DNA of 60,579 nucleotides, filler included, from Globobulimina sp. (GCA_003354225.1; 14 parts of 14 records of this genome joined end to end with filler, not necessarily neighbours in it); one strand, 5' to 3'. Shown: positions 12,568 to 25,300, counted from the first letter of the whole stretch. Notes: generated by a model from the sequence alone, not told the origin. Numbers and translations are program-made.

Positions 12568-13017
12568 AGGATGAATTTATATCACATATTTACTGCAACG
12601 CGCCATTGATATGTTTGACTTCAGGAAGGTGACAAATTGGTCAATTTGGAGAATTACAAGATACCAAAGTTTTGTTTTCACCGTGTTCAAAAAAAATACG
12701 TTTGCAGGGAAACTGTTTTATCCCCTTGGGAAAAGCGATTTTTTGAGCTTCCCATGGGTTTTGTTTACTTAATATGGAACAAAGTACTTCACTAACATAC
12801 ATGGATGGAATTAGCATCAGGAATTTGCCTGCTTATTTTTTGGCAAAGATAACAGCCATTCAATTTTGAAGTTTTTGAGTTAGTACTTACTTTCAGTTTT
12901 TTATTTTTATCTTTGCANNNNNNNNNNNNNNNNNNNNNNNNNNNNNNNNNNNNNNNNNNNNTTAATTAATTAANNNNNNNNNNNNNNNNNNNNNNNNNNN
13001 NNNNNNNNNNNNNNNNN

Positions 13018-13475
13018 TAACAAAAAGCATCATTGGCGTCAATCATATGCATATCCAAACGATGCAAATCTTTCATAGCGATTCCTATAGAAATTTCATC
13101 GCCATTGGCACAGATTTCATTTGCCACACATTTAACAATTTTGATTGTCCATTCATACAAAATGTCAGCCTTTAAATCTATCAAAGTATTTCCGTAGATT
13201 GTGACGTAGCCTTCGGGCAGCAATAAATCGGGTTCACTTTCGTTTCGGTGTATACTTGCTGTTGAATCATCATTCGAGAGTATAACGTTAGGACCATATT
13301 CTGCGAAATGTTCATTCAAATAATAATACAGAATACAGGTATAATTGACAAGAGTTGGAATATCATAATAACTGTCATCTAACCGCAATTCCTTCCTACA
13401 CCGCCTTGTGTAACCAAACACGGCATATCTAGTTTTTTTATTGATATGCTTGATTCTTTGATAGTCATCTGCCAT
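13018..13475 (-). CDS. Protein with N-terminal VxGYxR..IPxxI (F-box-like) module and SPRY/B30.2-like beta domain, 3' truncated
   Basis: AVFGYTRRC..IPTLVNYTCILYY followed by TIYGN..YEWTIKIV..ISIGIA. Confidence 0.6.
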
Positions 13476-14060
13476 TATATCAAGTTTTTAGTTTTTTTTT
13501 TGTAGTTTCTTAAAGGCTGAAGCACAAAATAATTTAGATATAGAAACGGTTTTCTATAGATTTATCTTGGGTTTGTTCTGTGTTTGTTATAACTTTGTCT
13601 TGGGTTTGCAAATCCAGAACAAATTTATAATTGAACCAAATGTATACAAACAGGAATATATTAGAATTATAATTCGTAAACGTTTGCACTTTGCAGTGGA
13701 AGTGGATATTGTTTTTTTGATCATGCAAAAATGTTTTGATATGTTTACGTACAAATTGCTGAAATTTTTAGAATGCCGATCGATGGGTGGCATGGAAAAA
13801 AAGAAAGTAAAATTAAAACTTTTAACACAATGATTATAAATTATAAACTATAAATACTAAAAATATGGAGAATTAAAAAAAAAACAAATGAAAAGAGAAA
13901 GAACAATGAAAAAGCAAAAATTAGCATAGGTACAAATTAGTATTAGGTACAGGAGACTTCTAAACATAAAAAATATATATATATTTTGTAATTAATTAAC
14001 TAAAAAAATAAAAGCTACCTAAAGAGAAAGAACACTGTAATAATATTCCTTAAACAACCC

Positions 14061-15302
14061 TTATAACTCATCATTAATTTCCTCCTTAATATAACCTTTA
14101 GCCATGGCAATATAATACGCGATCATTTGTAACGGCACCACCGCCAACAACGCAGTCAACGGCCCATTGCCAGGGATCTCAATAATCCTTTCTTGCGACA
14201 ATCCGCTTAATAACTCCTTATTATCCGTAATATAAACTACTTTACCTTGACCCGCTTCGATTTTGCGCGCATTCTCCACCATAACTCGCCCAAATTCATC
14301 ATCCAACACAATCATAATCACAAATCCATTCTCACCGCCACTCAAATCCATATCCGCCACATCACCGTACCCCTCGGCCTCAATATGCGTAATCTGCTTC
14401 ATTTTCAATGCCGCCTCGTAAGCGATGCATTCACCGAAGCCCTTCCCCAAAATACAGATGCTTTTCGCCTCTAATTCGTGCATAACATTTGCGATTTGTA
14501 TACATTTCTGTTTTGTACCGAAAATCACGCCACCAACATACGAATGTAATTTGTGCAACGCGTCCGTTAATTGAGTCGCCCGCGTTCGATCTTCGTTGTT
14601 TAACTGCGAGAACCAGGCCGCGATCAACGACAATACGGTCACTTGAGAGGTGAAGGTGTCGTCGCGTTGCTGCTCTGCGTCCACTACGGCCACTTCGTTG
14701 CCATTCTTATTCAGCGAGGATATGGCTAATAAACCAGCGGCGTCCAAGGCGGGGCCACGCGTATTGGTCACAGCCGCTTTCTGCGCGGAGTCGATGACGC
14801 GAATGGTGTCGAATGATTTGACGTATTGCATCAATTTTTGTGCGTATAATCCTGCGTTTAATGAGGTGCCGCAGCCGGTGATTATTAGGTCTTTGATTTC
14901 TTGCACGAATTGGATATTGGAATCCAACCCATTTAACACGACCTGATCGCCGTGGTTGCCGTACGAGAATGTGGCGCCAAACTGCAGTGCTTTGGAGATG
15001 GCTTTTGGTTGCTCCATAATCTCTTTCTTGGTTAAGGCGAAGTATGGCTTGGAAGGGAGTAAATTGTTTGTATCGAACGTTTCGATGGGCTTCATTTGCA
15101 TTTGGCTGATTTTGTTCACTGTCATTACACTTTCGTTTAAGGTGGAGATGTTATGCGATTTGTTGTGTTGGGTGTAATAGGCAGAGAGGGAGAGTGCTAA
15201 TGCGGAGGTGGCTAAAATGTGTCGCGATTGGTGTTGATGTTTGTAACTACGAAAAGTAGATCTCAATGTGCGCATTTGGGATTGCATCATTTTGGAAAAC
15301 AT
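14061..15302 (-). CDS. GlmS/GFAT-derived protein with only the two SIS domains and a mitochondrial-type presequence
   Basis: KEIMEQPKAI, IITGCGTSLNAG, FTSQ, LGKG..IAYEAALKMKQITHIEAEGY and LLAVVPLQMIAYYIA. There is no glutaminase domain. The N-terminus is R/S-rich and free of acidic residues. Confidence 0.85.
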   Translation of the reverse strand: MFSKMMQSQMRTLRSTFRSYKHQHQSRHILATSALALSLSAYYTQHNKSHNISTLNESVMTVNKISQMQMKPIETFDTNNLLPSKPYFALTKKEIMEQPKAISKALQFGATFSYGNHGDQVVLNGLDSNIQFVQEIKDLIITGCGTSLNAGLYAQKLMQYVKSFDTIRVIDSAQKAAVTNTRGPALDAAGLLAISSLNKNGNEVAVVDAEQQRDDTFTSQVTVLSLIAAWFSQLNNEDRTRATQLTDALHKLHSYVGGVIFGTKQKCIQIANVMHELEAKSICILGKGFGECIAYEAALKMKQITHIEAEGYGDVADMDLSGGENGFVIMIVLDDEFGRVMVENARKIEAGQGKVVYITDNKELLSGLSQERIIEIPGNGPLTALLAVVPLQMIAYYIAMAKGYIKEEINDEL

Positions 15303-16106
15303 GATGTGATAATTGTAAGGTTAGGTTGTGAGGATTGTAGAGTATGTAGTAGGTTGAAGGAAAGTGTTTTTTTAGTGTTGAGTAACTCTATTATAAACTA
15401 TTTAACTATTATTAGAATTAGAATTTAACGATTATGTTATTAAAAAATGAGTTATGATGAAACCCACAACAAGATGACAATAATGATATTGGTATGAATG
15501 TGTTTTGTAAGGTGTTTGTTTGTAGAAAGGGTATACGTTTCGACAGATCACTGTGAAGCAATAAAGAGAAATAAAGAAAATGTACGAAGAATATAATGAT
15601 AAGGAAAGTTTGGATAATAAAGAAATACAATCAATCAAATAATCACAATATATTAATACATAAAAAATAAACGGAAAAGATGGGATAAGTGAATGATATA
15701 TTAATATGTATAAAATTAAAGGAGATATATAAATATATTAAAAAACGAAAATAATTCCAAACAACCAATCAAAATATTAAAAGTGAAATGTGTAAAACAA
15801 TTATAGAGAATTATAAATGAAAAATAAATGGAAATGAAATGTACAAAATAATAATTAGATAAAACTGACAATGAAGTCATGCAATATTGATGGATCCAAA
15901 ACATTACAATGATATTGCTAACAAAATAAAATACATTGCATCTGCCTCTAAAAGAAATCAAAACAAACCGGAAAACTGATGAATGGATTCGATTAAACCA
16001 ATAACCATTTACTGCACAGAAACAACATTATCAAGAGTTTATTTTGGATACATTTCATATTAATTCATTTAAGGAAAAGTTATTGAAAAAGAATTATCAA
16101 CAATTC

Positions 16107-16256
16107 AAAACTGCATTTATCGCATAGGTTTCATGTTTTATGTTTTATGTTTGACCAATATATTTTCACTACAGATCAGCAGTAATGAAGGAAACATAAT
16201 CGGATTTTGTCGAACCTACATAAAAAACCTGAAACCTCTGCGATAAATGCAGTTTT
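16107..16256. mobile_element. Short MITE-like element with ~33-bp inverted repeats
   Basis: aaaactgcatttatcgcataggtttcatgtttt (16107-16139) matches the reverse complement of aaaacctgaaacctctgcgataaatgcagtttt (16224-16256) with 2 mismatches. Confidence 0.65.
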
Positions 16257-16351
16257 TGGTAGTGTTTGCATTCACAATTTTCAGAACTAAGTGTAATTAT
16301 GCAATAATGTATGAATTATTATATATATTACAAACATGACGTTTCCCCAAA

Positions 16352-16391
16352 ACGAGTGTTTCATAGATTGATGACGAGTGTTTCATAGATT
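16352..16391. repeat. Direct duplication of an 18-mer
   Basis: acgagtgtttcatagatt occurs at 16352 and 16374. Confidence 0.8.
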
Positions 16392-16654
16392 TTATTTGTT
16401 ATTTATGTTATGTGAGTGTGCAAAACTTGTTTGAGTCACTTTACATTTTTCTTTCAAAGTTTTATCCGTCCCACCCGCCCAACTTTGTGTGTGTATGTTT
16501 CTTTTTGGTTAGTGTGTTTTGGATGTATTTTAGGTATCATTTGTGATGCCTTATTTGTGTTTAGGGATTTAAATAATTTAAATGTTTTTGGGGTGAATCA
16601 AAAAGATTCACTCTGTTCTTTTTTGTCCACATCGCAATCAAAATAAAACAAGAT

Positions 16655-17253
16655 TTACAATGATGAACATGTTTTATTGCCGATAAGCTCACATCGTGTC
16701 ATCGTTGGGCCTCCAGTACACACATTTTTATTTTCATTACTACCATAAAAATATTCACAAGCACTGTTATCTCCTTTGATCCAACAATCAAAGAATACTG
16801 CAACATACGCATCTTCTCGGTTTTTGCCAATAATACATGGATCATCATGCGTCGCACCTTTAATTTCCGCAAATATTTTTGGAGTCACCGGATCGTCCAT
16901 AAAACCACTATAAACATCATTTGGTGGAACTTGACGATCCAAGGAGCCGCTAAACCATAACATCGGAATCTTAACATTTCTTGATTCCGTTTTATCGCTA
17001 TCATCCACCACCGATGGATGCAAAGCCACTGAAGCTACGAGGCCTAAACCCGCATTGCCTGAAACATGAACAGTTGCGGCTCCACCCATTGAATGTCTTA
17101 TAATTTATCGAAAAATACATGAAAAACAATATAAAAATATAAAAGCAAGTACCCATAGAGTCCAATTTTACTATAATCGGCATAATCTAATACTGGATCA
17201 ATTTTGCCTTTTTGAGATTTAATGGTTGAAATGGTGGTTGCCACATCTTCATA
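16655..17253 (-). CDS. Alpha/beta hydrolase of cutinase/PETase/chlorophyllase-like type, 5' truncated (intron 17097-17152)
   Basis: Splicing gives KIGLYGHSMGGAAT (nucleophile elbow), then VALHP, PMLWFSGSLD (Asp) and IFAEIKGATH (His). Confidence 0.85.
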
Positions 17254-17353
17254 NNNNNNNNNNNNNNNNNNNNNNNNNNNNNNNNNNNNNNNNNNNNTTA
17301 ATTAATTAANNNNNNNNNNNNNNNNNNNNNNNNNNNNNNNNNNNNNNNNNNNN

Positions 17354-17611
17354 CTCATTGCTATTTGTATCGACAGGGACATTGTGTGGAGCATCAGTAT
17401 TAATGCTGCTATTGGTTTTACTCGAATTCCGACTTAACACGGATGTACTCCGCGTTTGGTATCGGTGTTTCTGACGATTTGGTGAATTTGTGGTTGTGTT
17501 TGTTATATTGGCAGTGTTGCTGTCTGGTTGTGTGTCATATATTTGTAATTCATATGGATTGAAATCGGAATCACTGTCATCATCGTTGTTGTTTGTGAAT
17601 AATGGATTCAT
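17354..17611 (-). CDS. Low-complexity N-terminus of an unknown protein (3' truncated)
   Basis: ATG-initiated frame open to the contig edge, S/T/N-rich, and divergent from the neighbouring gene 39 bp away. Confidence 0.5.
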
Positions 17612-17650
17612 TTTCGGTTTTGTAGTGAACTGAAAACCAAAGCTTCGATC

Positions 17651-20064
17651 ATGTCAACTGAAAACCAAAGAAACGGCCCCGGACTGTTGGCAGGCGGTGC
17701 TGTCTCCAAAAAGGAAAAACGTATCTATATAATGACTCGCATCACCACTGCTGCAGTTATACTGATAGTGCTTATTATATTGATAGCCACCATACCACCA
17801 TCTGATGACTCACCATCTACACGCGACTGGACACAAGAATTCTTAAATGGTCCATCCGCACAATTCGCAAAAGAAAACTCACGTTTATTTACAGGAAAAG
17901 CTCATATCGCAGCAACACCACAAAATAATGAATATGCCTCTGATATTCAACAACAATTTGAAACAATGGGTATGGCTCAATCGGATATTTTGGTGACTGG
18001 CAATATATATTTATCATCTTATAATGGTTCATCTTTGTATCAAGTGAATGCGACCAACACTGATGAGACTCTCTTTGAATTTGATTTGTCAGAAGAATAT
18101 ATTGCAGCGGACCCAACATCAAACACTACATTACGCCGCCAAGCATGGTTAGGATACTCTGCCTCTGGCACTGTCACCGGATATGTGGTCTATGTTAATT
18201 ATGGTGCTGGCAAAGACTTTGATGTGTTGCTGAATACATTGAATTTTGATTTACAAAACCAATCTGTCATTGCATTGGTGCGATATGGTGCTTTGTTGAG
18301 AGGCATCAAGGCATTGAACGCTGCAGATTATGGGTTTAAAGCTGTGATGGTGTTCAGTGACCCTCAAGATTATGGATTCACGCGCGGCGATGTAGTGCCT
18401 GATGGTATGTAATTGTCACAGTCACAGCATATTGTATTTGCCAATCTTATATTAACTGCATAGGTCCTTATTTACCGGACAGTGGATTCCAACGTGGTTC
18501 GGCAGCCTTTTTTCAGCGATGTTTTGGTAATCCTTCGCCAGAGAGAGCTGTGGAAAGATGTGGATTTGACGATGTATCGCATATTTTACCATCAATTCCT
18601 ATAATCCCATTGTCGTATGGCAATGCAAGGAGATTAATGGAACAAATGAGTGGTTCTTTCGTGAATGATAGTGAATCGACTGTTGATTGGCAGGGCGGAA
18701 TGCAATTGGAATATAGAATGTTAATATTGTTACATTATAATAGTTTGTTTTAATTGATTCACATATTGTATAATATACAGAGGCACAGTGAATGAGAATG
18801 ATGGTGTTATGGTTCGTTTATCTGCGTCAACTATTTATGCACCAACAGAAATACAAAACGTTCGAGGGTTTATCCCAGGCTCTAAATATCCGAATGAATC
18901 GATTTTGTACGGCGCCCATCGTGATGCCTGGGTATTTGGCGCAGTCGATCCGGTTTCAGGTATTTTAATTTTACATAAGCTTTAATTTCTAAATCTATAT
19001 ATATGCATACTATCTGTTTAGGGACCACTTCTATCATTGAAGTCGCGCGAGCATTCACAAGGATTTATGACATGGGCTGGAGACCAAAGAGGAACATATA
19101 TTTTTTAAGTTGGGATGCTGAGGAATTTGACTTGATTGGAAGCACAGAATTCGGAGAGGAATATGAAGAACTTTTACAAACAGAGCTGGTGGCATATTTG
19201 AATCAAGACCAAGTTGTGTCTGGTCCTAATTTTAGGATTAGTGCTGATCCATTGATTGAACCCTTGGCTTTGGAATGTATGAAGAAAGTACGCCAACCAT
19301 ATCTCGACAATGATGCTGATTTTGAGTCAGTGTATGATAATTGGGCCAAGAATCGAAGCATTTTACAAACTGAAATGTTAGGCTCTGGCAGTGATTTTAC
19401 AGTATTTGTTCATGAATATGGTATTACTTCGATGGATTCTCGTTTTACAGGTGGTTATGGTACATATCATTCAATCTATGATAGTTATTTTACAATGTCA
19501 ACTTATATTGATCCGGATTATGAATATTTGCGCGCTGCGGCATCGGTTGTTGGCTTGATTGGATTTGAGTTGGTGAATAATGATATTATCCCGTTCAGTG
19601 TCTATAATTTATATATTCGTTTGAATGGCTTCTTAGATTTAATCGATCAGCTCTCGGTTGAATATGATTGCAGTGTTTCCAATGAATTAACGCAACACTT
19701 ATCGGCTGCCATGGAGCATTATGGTGAAAAGGCATTGCTTTTTGAGGCAAATGTGAATACTTTGAAAGATTCACAAGACACTGACTCTGAGAATTATAAA
19801 GCGTTAGTAATTCGGTATAATTCTGCGATGCGAACATTGGGTTCAAAATTTCTGTATGAGGATGGATTGCCAACGAGGAAGATTTTTAAAAATTTAATTG
19901 TTGCAGCTGCTGTGGAGAATGGTTATGGCCATCAGGTGTTACCATATATTGCGTATGCGATTAAATTTGAATGTGGTGACCAGGATTTGTTGGAGGAAGC
20001 ATATAATATCACTGCAAACGCAATATATGAGGCTGGTGAGTATTTGGAGAGTTTTAATTATTGA
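17651..20064 (+). CDS. M28 glutamate carboxypeptidase II / NAALADase-like type II membrane peptidase (introns 18405-18463, 18720-18780, 18960-19021)
   Basis: N-terminal TM, PA domain (VYVNYG, LVRYG..RGIK, FSDPQD) and metal/catalytic motifs GAHRDAW, GAVDPVSG, WDAEEF, YLNQD, GSGSDF and YHSIYD. All three GT-AG introns restore the frame. Confidence 0.95.
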
Positions 20065-20191
20065 CTGATTTATAGTGTATATTTCGAAGGGTTTAGGGTT
20101 TTGTAAATAAACCGATTCATTTCCCACTTGCTATAAAATATAAATATCTGCAGGTAAAAAACCTTTAGAATAACTGAAACTATCACCAATA

Positions 20192-21307
20192 ATGTCTAGG
20201 TTTTCAACTTTAGCTTTGCTTATTTTTGTTTTGCAATTGGTAGATCTACATTCTTTACAATCCAGTGGTTGCGGTGTGACACCATTTATAACTCCAGGTG
20301 TAACCAAAAGAATCTTTATTGATGTAAAGGATCCTGAATTTGGAACTGTACCGCGAGCATATCGTGTATTATTACCGGATGATTATGACTCCAGCAAACA
20401 ACACAAATTCTTGCTCGATTTTCATGGATTATATATGAATGCGAACCAGGAAGAAAAGGAAAGTGGTATATTGTTGTTGAGTGGTTATGGGGTAATATTG
20501 GTTTGGCCAAACGGATCCAATGACTCCGAGTCTGGCATACGTAGTTGGAATGCGGTGGGTTCCTCAAACAACACAGGGCCAATGGGCTATGTCTGCGATC
20601 GAGATAGATTGAGATGGGGTGAATATGAAAAGTATACTTCGTGTGTTCAGCGATATGGCTCTTTCTCCGCAGCGGATACTTGTTATTGTTGCTCTTGTTG
20701 GAATGACGTGTTATTCATTGAAACTGTTTTAACTGATTTGGAATCAAAATTATGTATAGATTTAGCACATATTCATGCGACAGGAATGTCCGCCGGAGGA
20801 CTGTTTTCGTATCAAATTGGTCAGGATTTATCAAATATATTTGCTTCAGTGATGCCCGTCGAAGGATCGGTGTTAATCGGATTTAATGTGCCTCCAAAAT
20901 ATCCAGTGTCATTGTTGGATTTCCGAGGTACTGCGGATAGTGAAATGCCTGCAAATGCGAGCAACAGTTTTAACGGATTGGTTGGTCCTTATAATTCAAC
21001 CTGGTCAGCTGACGGCTTTTGGTACCATCCAATTGATAATATCACCATTGTTTGGGCACAAGCACCCAATAATTGCAATGGACAATTGATGCATTATCCG
21101 ACTGTATATGATGGAAAGAGGGACTTTTACTGTGTGGCACCGCATGGTATCTGTGATAATGGCGTTGATGTGGTGCGATGTTCAGGAAATTGGGGACATA
21201 CATGGCCTTTTTGGAAAGTGGCGCCTGAAGCATATCCAAATATTGTTTATGATTTTATGTCAACTCATCCAAAGAAACGAGTTGTTTGGAAACCACGACA
21301 GTTGTAA
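20192..21307 (+). CDS. Secreted esterase, PHB-depolymerase/LpqP (CE1-like) family
   Basis: Signal peptide, SSGCG, RAYRVLLPDDYD, LLDFHG, LVWPNG, DVLFIE, CIDLAHIHATGMSAGG, GTAD and GHTWP. Confidence 0.85.
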   Translation: MSRFSTLALLIFVLQLVDLHSLQSSGCGVTPFITPGVTKRIFIDVKDPEFGTVPRAYRVLLPDDYDSSKQHKFLLDFHGLYMNANQEEKESGILLLSGYGVILVWPNGSNDSESGIRSWNAVGSSNNTGPMGYVCDRDRLRWGEYEKYTSCVQRYGSFSAADTCYCCSCWNDVLFIETVLTDLESKLCIDLAHIHATGMSAGGLFSYQIGQDLSNIFASVMPVEGSVLIGFNVPPKYPVSLLDFRGTADSEMPANASNSFNGLVGPYNSTWSADGFWYHPIDNITIVWAQAPNNCNGQLMHYPTVYDGKRDFYCVAPHGICDNGVDVVRCSGNWGHTWPFWKVAPEAYPNIVYDFMSTHPKKRVVWKPRQL

Positions 21308-22314
21308 AATAATCAATCATTCCATCCTTTTTGTAATGTAGATTTCATATTCCTTTTGTCATTACGATCACATTCATTGCGATGTTGTAATTCCCAATCT
21401 ATTTTTTGATGCTTTCTAGAACAATAAAACACAGATTTACATTTGAACATTTATTCAATTTAAAATAATGTTTCCATTTTGATAATTGCCATCTTTCCAA
21501 TCCAATCTCAAGAGAGAAGTCGATCCTTTTTGGCTGAAAATATATGTTTACGAACCTGCACAGCTCCATATCTGAATTTTATTTTCTCNNNNNNNNNNNN
21601 NNNNNNNNNNNNNNNNNNNNNNNNNNNNNNNNTTAATTAATTAANNNNNNNNNNNNNNNNNNNNNNNNNNNNNNNNNNNNNNNNNNNNCCTGGAGTGAAT
21701 CGTTACTGTAATTGAATCTAACTCTATTTTATCATAATTATTAAGCCTAAAACATGGCTGCTTCTAGGTCCGGTCTCAATTTATATTGCACAATATAAGA
21801 ACAACCCATTGCCAGTGGTGATCAAAAACGTTTCTCATTAGCATTTTACCAAAAAAACCGCAGTAATTTAGACATTACCGATCAAAAAAGTACCTGCGCC
21901 TAGAACTAGTATATAAATAGAATTAAACGAAAAACACCATATCAAAACATTTTTGGGTACCCAATGTTTTGCCTATCAAAACTTTATGAGGTGTGAACCC
22001 TGATTTTAAGATTTTCTTAGTCATCTTGTTTCAACGATGTTGAAGATTGTGAACTAAGTCATTTAAATGGATTGATAAACAACATGTAATGTCATGTATG
22101 GATAAAATCAATATTAATAAAAAAAATAGTTTTTTTTTCATTTGCAGATCCTCAAATTTCAATGCAAAATAAAATATAACAGAAATTAAAACAGAAATTA
22201 AAACAGATGTTGCTGCGCGTGGCATTTTTAATAATAAATAAAATCATATGGATGGATACAGAAACAAAAAAAATCCAAAAAAAAAACAAATGAAAACATT
22301 CTAATGTTTTATAG

Positions 22315-25300
22315 TCACCAATAATATTTCTCAATCAATGGTGGACATTGCAATGCGTGTTCAATATTAATATATTTAATGAACTGTTTGCAATAATATA
22401 TATTTTGCGATGTTCTAAATGGTTTATTTTGATCCAAATTATTAAGTTTTGCAACATGTATAACAATAACATATAGATCAGGAATTTCGAATCCATCGCA
22501 ATCAATAACTGGTTTAAAATATAATTGATAATATTCGTTGGAAATTGAAGGATTAAACCAATACAATCGATCACCGAGTGCATCTCGAATATATTTTCTT
22601 TTTTTTTTATTGAAATATTTTTGTCCAACAATTTTACCTTTTTCATCCACCCCAAAATAAATACTTCCGCCAGAACCCTCATTCAAAAATAGATTTATAT
22701 ACATTTCGGCATTCTCAACAATGACATAAACATCGAGATATTGGGCATTAAGTTTTGTTGGAATATTTAAAAATTTATATTTGTAGCACATTTCTGACGG
22801 CATTACAATTGTCCTATTTTTTACGTAGGTTTTATCTTTTTTTAAATCCCTGACACTCGTCGCATATTTTTTGATTGGTATAAAATCAGTACATAAAAGC
22901 AAATCGTTTTTCCCTCTTTTATCATATTTATCTTTAATTAATCTCTCATTATATCGCGCATACATATTCACTCGATATCCCGCGCCACGGTCATAATTAT
23001 TATCTTTATCTTGTAAATTGTGTCGTATTTGCGCCAATTCTTTGGTTTTTACGTTTTGTATCCATATATCATCCCGCATCGATACAAAAACACGACCTAT
23101 ACATTTCCTGTCAATATTATTTTGTATGGACATACCTACGGCAGCTCGAAATCCTCGCGGTGCGATACAAATATCATAGGCAATATACACGGGATAATCG
23201 TTGTTATTCGCATTATTATTATTACCAATCATAAATGTCAAATTCATCCCAACCTCCAATGCATAAATCTCATCAGCATGCATGAACAACGCCGAATGAT
23301 ACAATATTGTCACTGCGTCTTCGTCATTGTCATCTTTGTGTCTTTTGGGATAGCTCAAAATCAACCCAACGGATGGTTGTTTTTCTTGATTTTCTTTACG
23401 TTCTTTAGTTTCTTGATTATCATCCACTGAAAATAAGTGTTTCCCAATCAACACACCTTCATATATTTGCTCGCCATAATATTCATCCACTATATATTGC
23501 GGCTCTTTTAATAATTGCTGCAAATCATATTTCCAATAATTAGACCTAGGAATCATGTCTTCAGCTAATAATACATCGCCACCACCGTTCTTTTCTTTGT
23601 ATGCATTTCTTTCTATTTCTTCTGTTTTTTTGTACAATTTGCGCAGATTCCATACATACTTTATTAACATTTTTGCGTCGGATACTTGCGGCTTCGTACC
23701 AATTAATACCAATCCCTCTTCTGCTGCTGAATAATTTAAATGTATTAATTTCGTTTGTTGAGCTATTCGCTTTAATTGAGACACTGTGGTTTGTGCATTA
23801 TGCATTGCATGATTTGAATCAAGATCTACATTTCCAAACATTAAAACTGACTGAAACTCCGCTATTCTCTCCCGTGATATGGGTAGAAATTCGCGAACAA
23901 TGCCATCATTGACAAATGGTTTCCTAGCAAATTATAAAATTTATACAGATAAATTTCGTTTTTCTCAACTGTTTACACTGGGAATTGACGTAACTGTTTG
24001 TTGTACGGCCGCAGCATATTATATTGCAAGACTTGGTGATGGTTATCCCAGCCTTTATAACCAATCAAATAAAAATTCTCTTGACTACTTTTAACGGTAC
24101 AATGCCACCATCCAAACGGCTGAGACTCTTTCGCTTTGGCTTTGCATTCAATATCATGGCCTTTTTGAGGTTTCCAATTATGTTTCGCGGGGAGCGCGAC
24201 TGGACGGACATAACTGACAGGTACACATTGATCTGGTTTCCACGTATATGCCACTTTTAATTTCTGCTCTTTTTCATCGTAATCAAATATAAACCCATCA
24301 AAATATGCAAAGGTTTCCTCACATTTTATCTCATATCGGCTACCAAAAAAAATGCGAATATTATTATCCTGCACCTGTACTACTTTCTTATTTTCTATTT
24401 TTTCATCTGTTTTTTCATCATTATCATTATCGTAATTATCATCAGCTGATATTTCTATTTTGTTGGCCTGTCCATGTTCTTCCTTGTCTGCTTTACTCGG
24501 CGTTATTTCTCGTTCTTCGTCGATCTTTTCGTCATTATCAAACTGCGTAAAAGGAACAAACGTAGCACCGTCTTCTTCTTGCGACATCATCGACAGCTCA
24601 GAGAAACAACGGGTCAATGGATTGGATACAAATCTCTCTAATGGCTCTAACGCAAAAAACATTTTTTCTTTCGCTTCGACATTCTTTTTTAATGCCGATG
24701 CATTTCCAGGAGTCTTTTCATCATTGTCATCGGCAGATATTTTCTTTTTTGTTGCATCCACTGAGGCCATTGGGGTGACATCGATATCGTAACTTAATTC
24801 CTGTGCGTTTGTAGCTTGATTATGTTGTTGCTTTGCTTGATTTTTTGGTTGTATCATATTAATATTATTAAGTATGTATAAAATATCCTGTTCACTGGTA
24901 CTCCACATAAATGCATCACTGTTTGCATCGCTGTCATAATTATTTGCCAGCGTTGAGATTGTATTTCTGTTTTGCATCAACAATTGCTTTATATTTATTT
25001 GTTGATCTCTGTTATAAGTACATTGTTTGTAACCTAATATTTGCTTCATATCTTCCGCAACATATCGTAGTTGCACAGCAAATAACTTTTCGCATCTTTT
25101 ATCGAAATATATCTCTGTCCACGCCAATTGATTGAAGTTACTCGTCTTTAATTTGTACGCTTTAATACCGTTTAATTTAATTGTATGGCCAAACAACGTT
25201 CTGGTAACTACGAAATAATTGACTTTGTATTGGATTATCTTATCTAAGCGAGTTAAACTGTACTTTATATCATATTCGTTTGACTCGCTAATATTTTCAT

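Noticed and set aside
15418-15961. Hydrophobic F/I/L-rich short ORFs
   Set aside because: They are translations of AT-rich intergenic DNA and carry no motifs.
15970-16030. CTGATGA as a second hammerhead core
   Set aside because: There is no stem II followed by GAAA. The minus-strand CTGAAGA near 8000 fails in the same way.
21943-21970. Near-palindrome aaaacatt(ttt)gggtacccaatgtttt
   Set aside because: It is short, AT-rich and seen once, so it is plausible by chance.
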